A stretch of DNA of 64,000 nucleotides from Dehalococcoidia bacterium (GTDB lineage: Bacteria; Chloroflexota; Dehalococcoidia; UBA2979): contig OZ244720.1 of assembly GCA_965219085.1 (NCBI GenBank), positions 3,200,001 to 3,264,000 on the forward strand, given 5' to 3'. Below the pieces are notes generated by a model. That model made no database searches, was not told where the DNA came from, and worked only from the letters and a program-made list of their open reading frames with translations. A program made the translations under genes and the position numbers. The first letter of the stretch is position 1, and every line of letters starts with the position of its first letter. Below are positions 1-9,073 of the stretch, piece after piece.

Positions 1-1
1 A

Positions 2-370
2 GAGCCGCCCCTCCCCCTCGGAAAGCTGCGTGTCGTCCCAGTCCATCGCGTGGCCTGCCGTCCCGTTCCACAGCGCCGCGAGGTGGGCGGGGAGGCGCAC
101 CGATGCGTCGCCAATGACGCGCGCCTGCGGTGCGCCCCCGACCTGCTGCACGTAGCGGGACAGCACCTCGATTGCGGGCTGCTCCGAGCCGGCGAGGGCG
201 ACGCCGAGCCCGTCGAGGATGCAGCGGCGCGCGATCCGCAGCGCCTCGGGCGTGATCTGATCGAAGGTGAGGCCGGTGGCGAACTCGACGGCCTCCCGCG
301 TCAGCCCCTCGCTCGGCTCTCCGCGCGCCCTCCAGCCCGCGTCATCCCGCGCCGTGGTCTGCTGCGTCAT
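2..370 (-). CDS. MmgE/PrpD family protein (5' part; runs off window start)
   Basis: Not in ORF track. Manual translation from ATG 370: MTQQ...ARRCILDGLGVALAGS...AALWNGTAGHAMDWDDT, the typical MmgE/PrpD N-terminal motif. Confidence 0.85.
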   Translation of the reverse strand, partial: MTQQTTARDDAGWRARGEPSEGLTREAVEFATGLTFDQITPEALRIARRCILDGLGVALAGSEQPAIEVLSRYVQQVGGAPQARVIGDASVRLPAHLAALWNGTAGHAMDWDDTQLSEGEGRL

Positions 371-555
371 CTGGCGCGCCCCTCCCCCGCGGCCCGGACC
401 CGAGCGCCGATCATACGTGAGCCCTTCGGGCTGGCCCCCCGGCGAGGTCAAGCAGCCCCCGGCCTCCTCCGACCCCATATGAGACACGAATCAGCGCGGA
501 TGACTCGACCGCAAGGAACGTGCCGGACTGCCGATCGATCCCGTACCCTCGACGC

Positions 556-900
556 ATGACCGACTCATCGGGAGCCGCCCGGACAGCGACCGTCGTGACC
601 GTGTACCCCATGACCGGCCGGCAGCTCTTCTTCAACGTCCCGCACGCCATCTGCGAGGAGTGCGACCTGACCGTCCGCCTCGTCCAGCGTGTCGCCTCCG
701 ACCTCCCCTATGTCGAGGTTCGTATCAAGCCGTGGTTCAACCACCTCTTCGACGCCCTGCGCCGTGGCGGCTGGCACCCGCCGGTCGTGACGATCAACGG
801 CAGGATCACCACCCAGGGGGTCGTCCCTGACGAGGACCGGCTCCGCCACGCCCTCGAGCGCGCCGCGCCTACCACGGTCGCCGGCGCCGATGACGCCTGA
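556..900 (+). CDS. Small thioredoxin/glutaredoxin-fold protein
   Basis: CEEC (CxxC) motif and HPPVVTING cis-Pro-like segment; overlaps the next gene. Confidence 0.65.
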   Translation: MTDSSGAARTATVVTVYPMTGRQLFFNVPHAICEECDLTVRLVQRVASDLPYVEVRIKPWFNHLFDALRRGGWHPPVVTINGRITTQGVVPDEDRLRHALERAAPTTVAGADDA

Positions 901-1798
901 CGACGCCCCCGCTGCCACCGAGGCTCGACGCACCCTCCTCGGCGGGCAGCTCGCGGTCGGCTCCACCCGCGAGTGGCTTCGGGCCTGGGCAGCCATCCTC
1001 ATCCTGCTCGGTCCCGCGAGGCTCGTCCTTCGCCTCGCCGCGGCACTGCCGGACCGGGGCCCCGCGGGCATCCGTGGCCGGGCGGCCGTACGGGGCGCCG
1101 AGCGCTGGTGGGCTCGGCTCGCCGCCCGCTTCATCGGGCTGCGCCTGCACATCAGCGGCCTCGAACACATCGACCCGGACGAGCGATACGTCGTCGTCTC
1201 CCTCCACGAGGGCTTCGCCGACGGCCTCGCCCTCCTCCATCTTCCCCTCTCGCTCACCGCCGTCGCCCGCGACGAGCTCGCCACGTTCCCGTTCCTCGGC
1301 GGCCAGCTCGCGCGCGGGCGACACCTCTTCATCCGCCCCGAGCGCCCGCTCAGTGCCGCCCGCACGCTCCATCGCGGCGCCCGCGCTGCCATCGAGGCCG
1401 GCGACAGCGTCCTCTTGTTCCCGCAGGGCTCGATCCTCGGCATCGAGATCGCGTTCCAGCCTGGAGCGTTTCGCCTGGCGGGCCGCCTCGGCCGCCCGCT
1501 CCTCCCGATCGTCGTCACGGGCGGGCACCGTGTCTGGGAGCACCCCTTCACCCCCACCCTGCGCGCCAACCAGTCCATGAGCGTCGCCGTGCTCCCGCCC
1601 GTCCCGCCCGGCGAAGCCGTCTCCCGGCGAGCCCACATCGAGCGGTGCATGAGACAACTTGCGCTCGCCAGCGCCACGCCGCCTCGGCACTTCGACCCCA
1701 GCCGCGACGGCTACTGGGACGGCTACCGCTACGAGATCGACGACGCCTTCGCCGACCTCGCCCAACGGATCGCCAGCCATCGCCGCGGCGTCACCTGA
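890..1798 (+). CDS. Lysophospholipid acyltransferase (PlsC-like)
   Basis: HxxxxD motif (LHEGFAD), LLFPQG and LLPIVV blocks. Confidence 0.8.
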   Translation: MTPDDAPAATEARRTLLGGQLAVGSTREWLRAWAAILILLGPARLVLRLAAALPDRGPAGIRGRAAVRGAERWWARLAARFIGLRLHISGLEHIDPDERYVVVSLHEGFADGLALLHLPLSLTAVARDELATFPFLGGQLARGRHLFIRPERPLSAARTLHRGARAAIEAGDSVLLFPQGSILGIEIAFQPGAFRLAGRLGRPLLPIVVTGGHRVWEHPFTPTLRANQSMSVAVLPPVPPGEAVSRRAHIERCMRQLALASATPPRHFDPSRDGYWDGYRYEIDDAFADLAQRIASHRRGVT

Positions 1799-1819
1799 CG
1801 GCCTGTGTTCAGCGCCCCG

Positions 1820-2729
1820 CTAGCTGTCGCCGGCGAATCGCGGCATCACCTCGGTGGCAAAGGTCTCCAGGTTCCTCAGCGATTTGCTCAGCGGAATCCC
1901 CATGTGTGAGAACTCGACAAGCAGGTAGTCCAGGTGGCATATCTCCCGTAGCTCCTGGATCTTCTCCGCCACGTCATCAGGGGAACCGACAAGCAGGCTA
2001 CGCGGCTCCAGGAAGTCCCAGTCGAGCTTCACGTCGTCGCCCAGAACCTCGCCGGGGTTGGTGAACACCTGCCTGCCGCGAAACGGATCGTTGAAGATGA
2101 ATGCGGACATGATGCGTGCTTCCGCATCCCGCCGTGCCTCTTCCATCGAGGAGGCGACATACATGGATCGCATGACCGCCTGGTCTTCTCCCAGGGCGAA
2201 GGGTCGCCCCTCCCGCTTTGTCCTGACCTGGGCGTAGAGTTCCATCCGCTCCCTGATCCTGAGCGCAGGGGGCTGCCAGTAGCACGCCTTCAGTCCGAGC
2301 TCGGCCGCAGTCGTCACGGATCGGTCCGTGGAGACGGTCATCCACAGCGGCGGGTGGGGTTTCTGGTAGGGCCTCGGTGTCACCCGAAGCTTCGTGACCC
2401 GCTCCCCGTCCTGCCATTCAGGGTTCGGCGGATACAGCGGATGGGAGAAGACGGTGCCGTCGGCACGGAAGCTGTAGTTGGTTCCCTGGTATGAGAAGTA
2501 CTCGTTGGCCCAGATCCCCCTCGCTATCTCCACCGTCTCCTGGAAGAGCTCCCTGTTCTCCTTATCCAGGCGAGGGTCCGCGTTGGGATGGAACTGTGGA
2601 CCCTCGTACGGCCAGACTCCCCTGCCGAAGCCGACCTCCACGCGTCCGCGGGTCAGGTTGTCCAGGATCGCAACGTCTTCGGCGAGCCGTATCGGATGCC
2701 GCCACGGTCGTAAACGCCGCGAACTTCAT
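1820..2729 (-). pseudogene. LLM-class flavin monooxygenase with internal deletion and frameshift
   Basis: AGGAGG RBS and ATG 2729 (MKFAAFTTV) join out of frame to HPIRLAEDVAILDNLTRGRVEVGFGRG; the usual intervening N-terminal region, including the EHH motif, is missing. Confidence 0.8.
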
Positions 2730-3072
2730 GCCTGGAACCTCCTGTGTGACGGGGCCTTGAGCGCCTCTGAACAGGTCGTGCCCGGCCTCCGGACCGCGAC
2801 CTGCCGGTGGGCCCGCGCGTACTGTACTGCGAACGTTCGAGTGGGCGGTGGCGTTGTAGCTGGCGGCACGCTCACGTCGCCCCGGCAGTGGGCTCACGCC
2901 ACGTCGGCGTTGAGCGCATGACCGCCCCTTCGCGAAGGGCGCGGCGGGCGCCCCCGCCGGGCGGTCGCTGCAACCGGCTTCCGGCACGAAGTGCGGTCCG
3001 ACGAGTGTGCGCAGGCGAACCCGCGTGAGACTGACCGCGGTCCACGACGTGGGCGTAGTACTCCAGGGACGG

Positions 3073-4125
3073 TCATGCGAGAGCGAGGATGTTGGCCGGG
3101 TTGTCCTCCGTAATCGCCCGAATCTCATCTCCCGAAAAGCCCTTGCGCCGCATCGTGGGAACGATGTTCTCGAGGATGTGGCCGTAGCCGTGCCCGCCGT
3201 ACGTCACCAGCCGGTGCTTCGTGAAGATGTCCTGCCCCATGACGACCCTGTCGGAGTAGCCCGCGTCGGCGATGCGCTTGATGACGTCCAGCCGCTGGGC
3301 GTCGCTGGGCATGTCGAGTGCGGCCTGGGGATAGTAAGATCCCTCATTGCCGAACAGATCCCATTCGAGGTAGCAGCCCGACTCGGCGATGCTCCGAAGC
3401 GCGTCGAACTCGAACACCGTGCGGTCCAGATGTCCCATGATTACCCGGGAAATGTCCGCGCCGCTGTTCGCCAGCAGTTCCAGTATCTGGGCGGGCGCAT
3501 CCTGATTTCGTCCCGGATGAATCAATATCGCCGCGCCTGTCTCCCGCTGCGCAATGGCCGCCGCCGCAAGCGACTTGCGCTCGTTCGTCGTGAGCGGCCA
3601 GCTGCAGCCGACCTCCCCGATGATGCCCGCCTTGATGCCGGTGCCGTCGACGCCTTCCGTCAGGTCGGCGGCAATCTCGAGCGCAAGATCCTCCGCACTC
3701 CGCTGATCCATACCCACGGGATGGACCGCGTCCACGTAGAAGCCGGCGCCCATGATGATGTGCACTCCCGATTCGCGGGAGACGCGGGCCAGCACGGCGG
3801 GGTCGCGCCCGATGCCCGCTGTCGTCGCATCTACGATCGCGCCGCCTCCGACGTCTCTGTACATCCTGACTTCCCGGATGGCGGTGTCCGGGTCCATCAA
3901 GTGCAGATTGGATTGGTTGCTGTAGTAGTTGCGCCGTATCCATCCCAGGTTATTCAGCGCTATGGGGGCGTCCTCCAGTTCCCGGGACGCCGAGAACTGG
4001 GCAGGGCGAAACAAGAACGAGAGGTCGGCATGGAGGTGCTCATGAGTCGTGGCGGGACCAAGCTTCGATGGTGGCACGGGACCCAAGACGGTCTGGATGA
4101 GACCTTGATTCTCTCTTCGTGGCAT
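3073..4125 (-). CDS. Phosphotriesterase-family metallohydrolase
   Basis: IQTVLGPV...THEHL, GIIGEVG, IHPG, GHLDR and GQD motifs; start chosen at MPRRENQ. Confidence 0.9.
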   Translation of the reverse strand: MPRRENQGLIQTVLGPVPPSKLGPATTHEHLHADLSFLFRPAQFSASRELEDAPIALNNLGWIRRNYYSNQSNLHLMDPDTAIREVRMYRDVGGGAIVDATTAGIGRDPAVLARVSRESGVHIIMGAGFYVDAVHPVGMDQRSAEDLALEIAADLTEGVDGTGIKAGIIGEVGCSWPLTTNERKSLAAAAIAQRETGAAILIHPGRNQDAPAQILELLANSGADISRVIMGHLDRTVFEFDALRSIAESGCYLEWDLFGNEGSYYPQAALDMPSDAQRLDVIKRIADAGYSDRVVMGQDIFTKHRLVTYGGHGYGHILENIVPTMRRKGFSGDEIRAITEDNPANILALA

Positions 4126-4531
4126 GGGGTTGATCCTCGTGTAGCGTGCTCCACAAGTCCAACATGACCCGTTCAGCCGCGCAAGACTTCGCCTCTCGAG
4201 TCCGAGGTCGCGTCGGTCACTGGCGATCCCGCCCGAGGGCCGCAGGACGTAGTTGAGCACCAGCAGCATCGCGCCCTTCCGCCACCCTCGGGAGGTCGAG
4301 CGCCGCTCCGATCACGTCAACTCGGCGCGGACGGAATAATGGCGACGCACAGCCTCGAGACGAAGTACGCCAGGCGGGATCTCGCAGTGGCTTACCTGAC
4401 GCCGGCAGGTCTCCACTGCTCTCCGCGCGTGGCCGCGATATCTGACGCCGTGCTCTGGAGCAGCGACACCCGTGCACAGACGAGGCCCCCACCACGCGAC
4501 GCGACATGACCCCCTCGGCGTTCCCCGCTAG

Positions 4532-4682
4532 CAAGGTGCTGAAAAACCCCTGAAGGCGCGGAAACGGAGCGCTTGGAGCGCTGCGGAGCTACAAGAACCC
4601 CTTTAAAACAAAGGGTTTCGCGTGAGCCGCAATCAGCCGATTCAGGGCCGAGACCGCCCGGGAAGACTTTTTCAGCAGCCTG
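4532..4682. mobile_element. MITE / internally deleted IS5-like element
   Basis: Terminal IRs CAAGGTGCTGAAAAA and TTTTTCAGCAGCCTG match at 13/15; both ends are flanked by CTAG (4528-4531, 4683-4686); no transposase. Confidence 0.8.
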
Positions 4683-4686
4683 CTAG

Positions 4687-5286
4687 TTAGTCCTGTCCTG
4701 ACGCCGTGGTCCTTGCGGCCGCGCGGATCGCCTCCATGAGCGAGCTTCGCAAGTCCTCGCCCGTGCGGAACCGCGCGGGGTGCGCCTCGGACTGCTCCGC
4801 CCGCGCTTCTGTCGACTCGTCGGTGTCGCGGTCGTCCTCGGCGGCCCGTTCCGGCGTCTCGCCGTCGTTGAGCTGGTGGAACCACGCGTGCGGGGCCGGC
4901 AGTGCTGTTGCGGTCCACGGCTCCGCCGGGCCGTAGACGAGGAAGATGTCCCAGGCGGTCTGGTGCTTCCAGCCCAACCGGCGCGCCATCGCGCGGCCGA
5001 GCCGCTGCTCGGGATCGTGGAACGCCGCCATCCGGGAATCCGCGACTCGCGCGGCCTCTTCGCGCGCGGCTTCGAGGTTGTCGGCCGGCAGCATGTCGAT
5101 GAAGACCCGCGCCATGCGGAAGTCCAGCCCGGGTTCGTTGAGGAGCGGTTCGAGTGCCTCCCGGGCACCACTGACGCAGCGCTCTCAGGTCGCCGAGTTG
5201 ATCGCCACGAGGCGAGCAGAATCGCTGTGCGCGTTGAACCACTGTCGCAGCGGTTTCAGGCTGCCCGAGAGGTCGTGGACCATCAT
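4687..5286 (-). CDS. Thioredoxin-fold selenoprotein (UxxC), about 199 aa
   Basis: AGGAGG RBS; MMVHDLSGSLKPLRQWFNAHSDSARLVAINSAT-TGA(5185-5187)-ERC continues in frame into ORF 4687..5115; hairpin downstream of the UGA. Confidence 0.8.
5153..5169 (-). promoter_or_regulatory. Putative bacterial SECIS hairpin
   Basis: GGUGCC-CGGGA-GGCACU stem-loop about 15 nt 3' of the in-frame UGA, with G in the loop. Confidence 0.55.
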
Positions 5287-5526
5287 GTCTGCGCCTCCTG
5301 CACGAACTGTAGCAACGCTCGCACCCTGCGTGCTCATCCTTCGCCGTCACTCCTGCTTCGCCCGGCGACCCCTCGTGAGCCGCGACCGGTCGTACGCTCC
5401 CGTTATGTCGGTTCGGGCAGCAGTTCCGAGCAGCCTGCACACCCGAAGGCGCTGTATGGGCACGCGCCCTCCCCAGCCGGCATGGCATCATGCGCAGGAT
5501 CGCGGCAGGCGAGAAAGGAGCCCGAC

Positions 5527-6354
5527 ATGTCCGATTGGGAATTCATCGAGGTAGAGCGGGAAGGGCGCGTCGGGATCGTGCGCTTCAACCGGCCGGATCG
5601 GATGAACGCGATGGGCGCCGAGCTGGGCTCCGAGGTCTACCACGCGCTCGAGGAGTTCAACGCCGACCCCGGCATCGGCGCGATCGTGACGACCGGCAAC
5701 GGTCGCGCGTACAGCTCCGGCGCCGACCTGAGCGCGCGCATGGGCGGCGACTTCGACACCACGCGGCCGCCGACGACGAACGTGAGCCCATGGGAGCCCG
5801 AGTTCCTCGCGCTCAGGTGCAAGCCGCTGATCGCCGCGGTCAACGGGGTCGCGCTGGGCGTCGGCATCACCTCACTCCTCTGGTACGACTCGATCGTCGC
5901 TTCAACCCAGGCGCGCTTCTCGATGCGCTTCGCGGCGATTGGCCTGACGCCCGAGCTCGGTTCGGCGTGGGCGCTGCCTCGGCTGATCGGCCTCCACAAC
6001 GCTAAGCAGATGATGCTCACGGGGCGGATCTACAGCGCGCAGGAGGCCTTCGAGTTCGGTCTGGTGCACCGGCTGGTCGAGCCCGACCAGCTCATGCCCG
6101 AGGCGGTCGCGCTCGCGCAGGAAATCGCCGCGAACCCCACGTCGACGTTGCGCACGATCAAGGAGCTGGCGTTCCGGGAGCTGTTCGCGCCCAGCCTGGA
6201 AGCGACGGAGCAGCGGTCCACCTCGACATTCAATGCAGCGCTCGAGACGCCCGAGCACCGCGAGGCGATCCGCGCGTTCGCGGAGAAGCGCGCGCCCCGA
6301 TTCCACGACGCTGAGCGCATGCGCGAGGTGGTCGAGGAGATGCGCGAGGGCTAG
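5527..6354 (+). CDS. Enoyl-CoA hydratase/isomerase family protein
   Basis: FNRPDRMNA, GRAYSSGAD, KPLIAAVNGVALGVG; AGGAG RBS. Confidence 0.92.
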   Translation: MSDWEFIEVEREGRVGIVRFNRPDRMNAMGAELGSEVYHALEEFNADPGIGAIVTTGNGRAYSSGADLSARMGGDFDTTRPPTTNVSPWEPEFLALRCKPLIAAVNGVALGVGITSLLWYDSIVASTQARFSMRFAAIGLTPELGSAWALPRLIGLHNAKQMMLTGRIYSAQEAFEFGLVHRLVEPDQLMPEAVALAQEIAANPTSTLRTIKELAFRELFAPSLEATEQRSTSTFNAALETPEHREAIRAFAEKRAPRFHDAERMREVVEEMREG

Positions 6355-6357
6355 CCG

Positions 6358-7545
6358 TTGGCGCAGCTGCCCGCATCCGCGCTGACGCACTTGGAGTGCT
6401 CGATCTGCGGCGCGCGCCACGAGTGCGACGAGTTGCAGACGATCTGCCGTGAGTGCGGCCGCGTGCTGTTCGCGCGTTACGATCTCGACGCCGCGAGGGA
6501 GACCCTGACACGCGAGGCACTGCGCGGACGCGAGGCCTCGATGTGGCGCTACGCCGAGGTGATGCCCGCGAGCGAGCTTGCAGGCTCGGTGTCCCTCGGC
6601 GAGGGCATGACCCCGCTGCTTGCCGCACCGCGGCTCGGGGCGGAGCTCGGTTGCAGCGATCTGCTGGTGAAGGACGAGGGCGGTAACCCGACCGGATCGT
6701 TCAAGGCGCGCGGCACTGCCGCCGCGATGGCCATGGCGGGGCGCCTCGGCGTGACCGACATCGGCATGCCGACCGCCGGAAACGCCGGCTCAGCCGCAGC
6801 CGCCTACGCCGCGCACAGCGGCATCACCGCCCACGTCGCGATGCCTGCCGACACCCCGGCGGCGATCATCCAGGAGGTGCTGAACCTCGGCGCCGATCTT
6901 CAGCTCGTCGACGGGCTGATCACCGACGCCGGACGGCTCATCGCCGAGCGCTGCCGCGAGCACGGCTGGTTCGAGATGTCGACGCTCAAGGAGCCGTACC
7001 GCGCCGAGGGCAAGAAGACGATGGGGTACGAGCTCTGGGAGCAACTCGATGGCGAGTTACCGGACGTGGTGCTCTATCCGACCGGCGGGGGGACCGGGCT
7101 GATCGGGATGTGGAAGGCGTTCGAGGAGCTGGAAGCGATGGGGTTGATCGGCAGCGAGCGGCCTCGCATGTGCGTCGTGCAGTCCGACGGCTGCGCACCG
7201 ATCGTGCGCGCCTGGAGCAACGGCGACGATCGCGCCGAGCCGTGGCAGGACGCGGCGACGGTCGCGCCCGGCATCCGCGTGCCCGCCCCGTTCGCCGACG
7301 ACCTGATCCTGCGCACCCTGCGCGAGAGCGGTGGCGCGGCCATCGCCGTCCCCGACGAGTCGATCGTGCCCGCGATGCGCCGCTTCGGCCGCACCGAGGG
7401 CATCGACGCCTGCCCCGAGGGCGCATCGACGCTCGTGGGGCTCGAGATGCTGCTCGTGGCAGGGACGATCCAGCCCGACGAGCGGATCGTGCTGTTCAAC
7501 ACTGGCACGGGTCTCAAGCACCCGGAACTGCGCCCGGAAGTCTGA
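6358..7545 (+). CDS. thrC: Threonine synthase (PLP fold II)
   Basis: N-terminal CxxC..CxxC, SLGEGMTPL, NPTGSFKARG (PLP Lys), EGKKTMGYE, PTGGG. Confidence 0.8.
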   Translation: MAQLPASALTHLECSICGARHECDELQTICRECGRVLFARYDLDAARETLTREALRGREASMWRYAEVMPASELAGSVSLGEGMTPLLAAPRLGAELGCSDLLVKDEGGNPTGSFKARGTAAAMAMAGRLGVTDIGMPTAGNAGSAAAAYAAHSGITAHVAMPADTPAAIIQEVLNLGADLQLVDGLITDAGRLIAERCREHGWFEMSTLKEPYRAEGKKTMGYELWEQLDGELPDVVLYPTGGGTGLIGMWKAFEELEAMGLIGSERPRMCVVQSDGCAPIVRAWSNGDDRAEPWQDAATVAPGIRVPAPFADDLILRTLRESGGAAIAVPDESIVPAMRRFGRTEGIDACPEGASTLVGLEMLLVAGTIQPDERIVLFNTGTGLKHPELRPEV

Positions 7546-7578
7546 TGGGCCGCGTGCACTCTCCAGGCACGCAAGAGA

Positions 7579-7608
7579 CCGGGCCCACCGCATATGCGGC
7601 AGGCCCGG
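7579..7608. terminator. GC-rich hairpin between convergent genes
   Basis: CCGGGCC...CCGCAT/ATGCGG...GGCCCGG nested inverted repeat. Confidence 0.5.
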
Positions 7609-7633
7609 CCTTGTGGTCGCTACCGATTGGCCG

Positions 7634-8863
7634 CTAGCCGCGCGGCAGCTGCAGTCCGCGCGTCGCGATGATGTTGCGCTGGATCTCGGACGAGCCGCCC
7701 GCGATCGTCATCACCACCGAGTGCACGTTCGTCTGCGTGAACTCCCCGTACTGCGCTGCGTGCGGGCTGTCCGGGTCCCAGACGTTCGAGTAGAGCCCGT
7801 ACGTCTTGATGCCGGTCCGCGAGACGCGCTGCATCAGCTCGGTGTTGAACATCTTCGTCGTCGACGCCTCGTAGTTCGGGATGAGGCCCCGTGACTGCAG
7901 CGAGATGACGCGGAACGAGAAGTTGAACATCACTTCCGTGTCGATGTAGTGCTGCGCGATGTCCAGACGCTGCCGCTGCAGGCCGCCGTGCTCGATCTGC
8001 GACATGCCGTGCTCGCTCTGCACGTTCTCGCGCAGGCGGTCGAGCTGCTTGCGGATCGCGATCGCGCCGTCCACGAACGAGCGCTCGTAGTCGAGCAGCG
8101 TGACGCCGACGTACCAGCCGCGGTTCTCCTCGCCGATGAGGTTCTCGGCGGGGACGTGCACGTCCTCGTAGAACGTCTCGTTGGTGGCGTGCTCCCAGCC
8201 CATCGAGATGATCGGGCGCACGTTGATGCCCGGCGTCGCCATGTCCATCACGAGGAACGAGATGCCGCGGTGCTTCGGCGCCGAGGGGTCGGTGCGGAAC
8301 ATGCCGAAGATCCAGTTCGACTTGTGCGCCGTCGACGTCCACATCTTCTGGCCGTTGATGACGTAGTCGTCACCGTCGCGCACCGCGCGCGTCTGTAGCG
8401 ATGCGAGGTCGGAACCGGCGCCCGGCTCGGAGAAGCCCTGCGCCCACAGGATGTCGCCGGCGAGTGTCGGCGCCAGCAGCTGCTCCTTCTGCGCATCGGT
8501 GCCGTGTACAAGCACGGTCGGTCCGAGCAGGCTGAGACCGGAGCCACCGATCTTCGGCGCCTCAAGCTCGGCCATCTCCTGATTGAAGATGAACTGCTCC
8601 ATCGTGCTCAGGCCGCCGCCGCCGTACTCCCTGGGCCAGTGCGGGGCGGACCAGCCACGCTCGAGCAGCGCGTCGGCCCATTCCTTGGCGGCCTGCTTGG
8701 CGTCGTCGTCGCCGTGGACGATGTCTTCCTGCCAGTCACCTTCGAGGCCGGCCGGGCGAGGATCGTCGCCCCTGGCCCGGTAGAACTGCGGCAGGTTCTG
8801 CTGGATGAATGTCCGCACGCCACTGCGGAAGTCTGCCTGCTCCTGAGAGTCGGCCCACTCCAT
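7634..8863 (-). CDS. Acyl-CoA dehydrogenase
   Basis: FSEPGAGSDLASL, INGQKMWTS, IAGGSSEIQRNIIA; start MEWADS. Confidence 0.93.
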   Translation of the reverse strand: MEWADSQEQADFRSGVRTFIQQNLPQFYRARGDDPRPAGLEGDWQEDIVHGDDDAKQAAKEWADALLERGWSAPHWPREYGGGGLSTMEQFIFNQEMAELEAPKIGGSGLSLLGPTVLVHGTDAQKEQLLAPTLAGDILWAQGFSEPGAGSDLASLQTRAVRDGDDYVINGQKMWTSTAHKSNWIFGMFRTDPSAPKHRGISFLVMDMATPGINVRPIISMGWEHATNETFYEDVHVPAENLIGEENRGWYVGVTLLDYERSFVDGAIAIRKQLDRLRENVQSEHGMSQIEHGGLQRQRLDIAQHYIDTEVMFNFSFRVISLQSRGLIPNYEASTTKMFNTELMQRVSRTGIKTYGLYSNVWDPDSPHAAQYGEFTQTNVHSVVMTIAGGSSEIQRNIIATRGLQLPRG

Positions 8864-9073
8864 GGTTGGTCTCCTTCGATGCTGCCGACGCCGAACCCGT
8901 CTCGCTGGCGTCGTGCGCACTATGCCAGACGCAGCCCCGGCCGTGCGAATGACGGCGACGCCACGCGCGCGGTTCGCCCGGGCGCGCATCGGCTACGATG
9001 CAGCCTCGCACCCGTCCCCGCGCGTGCACCTGCGCGCGGGAAGCCGGCCGGCGGGCCGTTGGAAGGCCGTCCA

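Noticed and set aside
4130-4520. Possible N-terminal extension of the phosphotriesterase, or a separate small gene
   Set aside because: No recognisable motifs; family similarity begins at IQTVLG; probably intergenic or gene debris.
8504-9073. Apparent long N-terminal fusions in the ORF track (8504, 4780, 43685, 55100, 55288, 38252 starts)
   Set aside because: The extensions overlap neighbouring genes, and better RBS-supported starts lie downstream.
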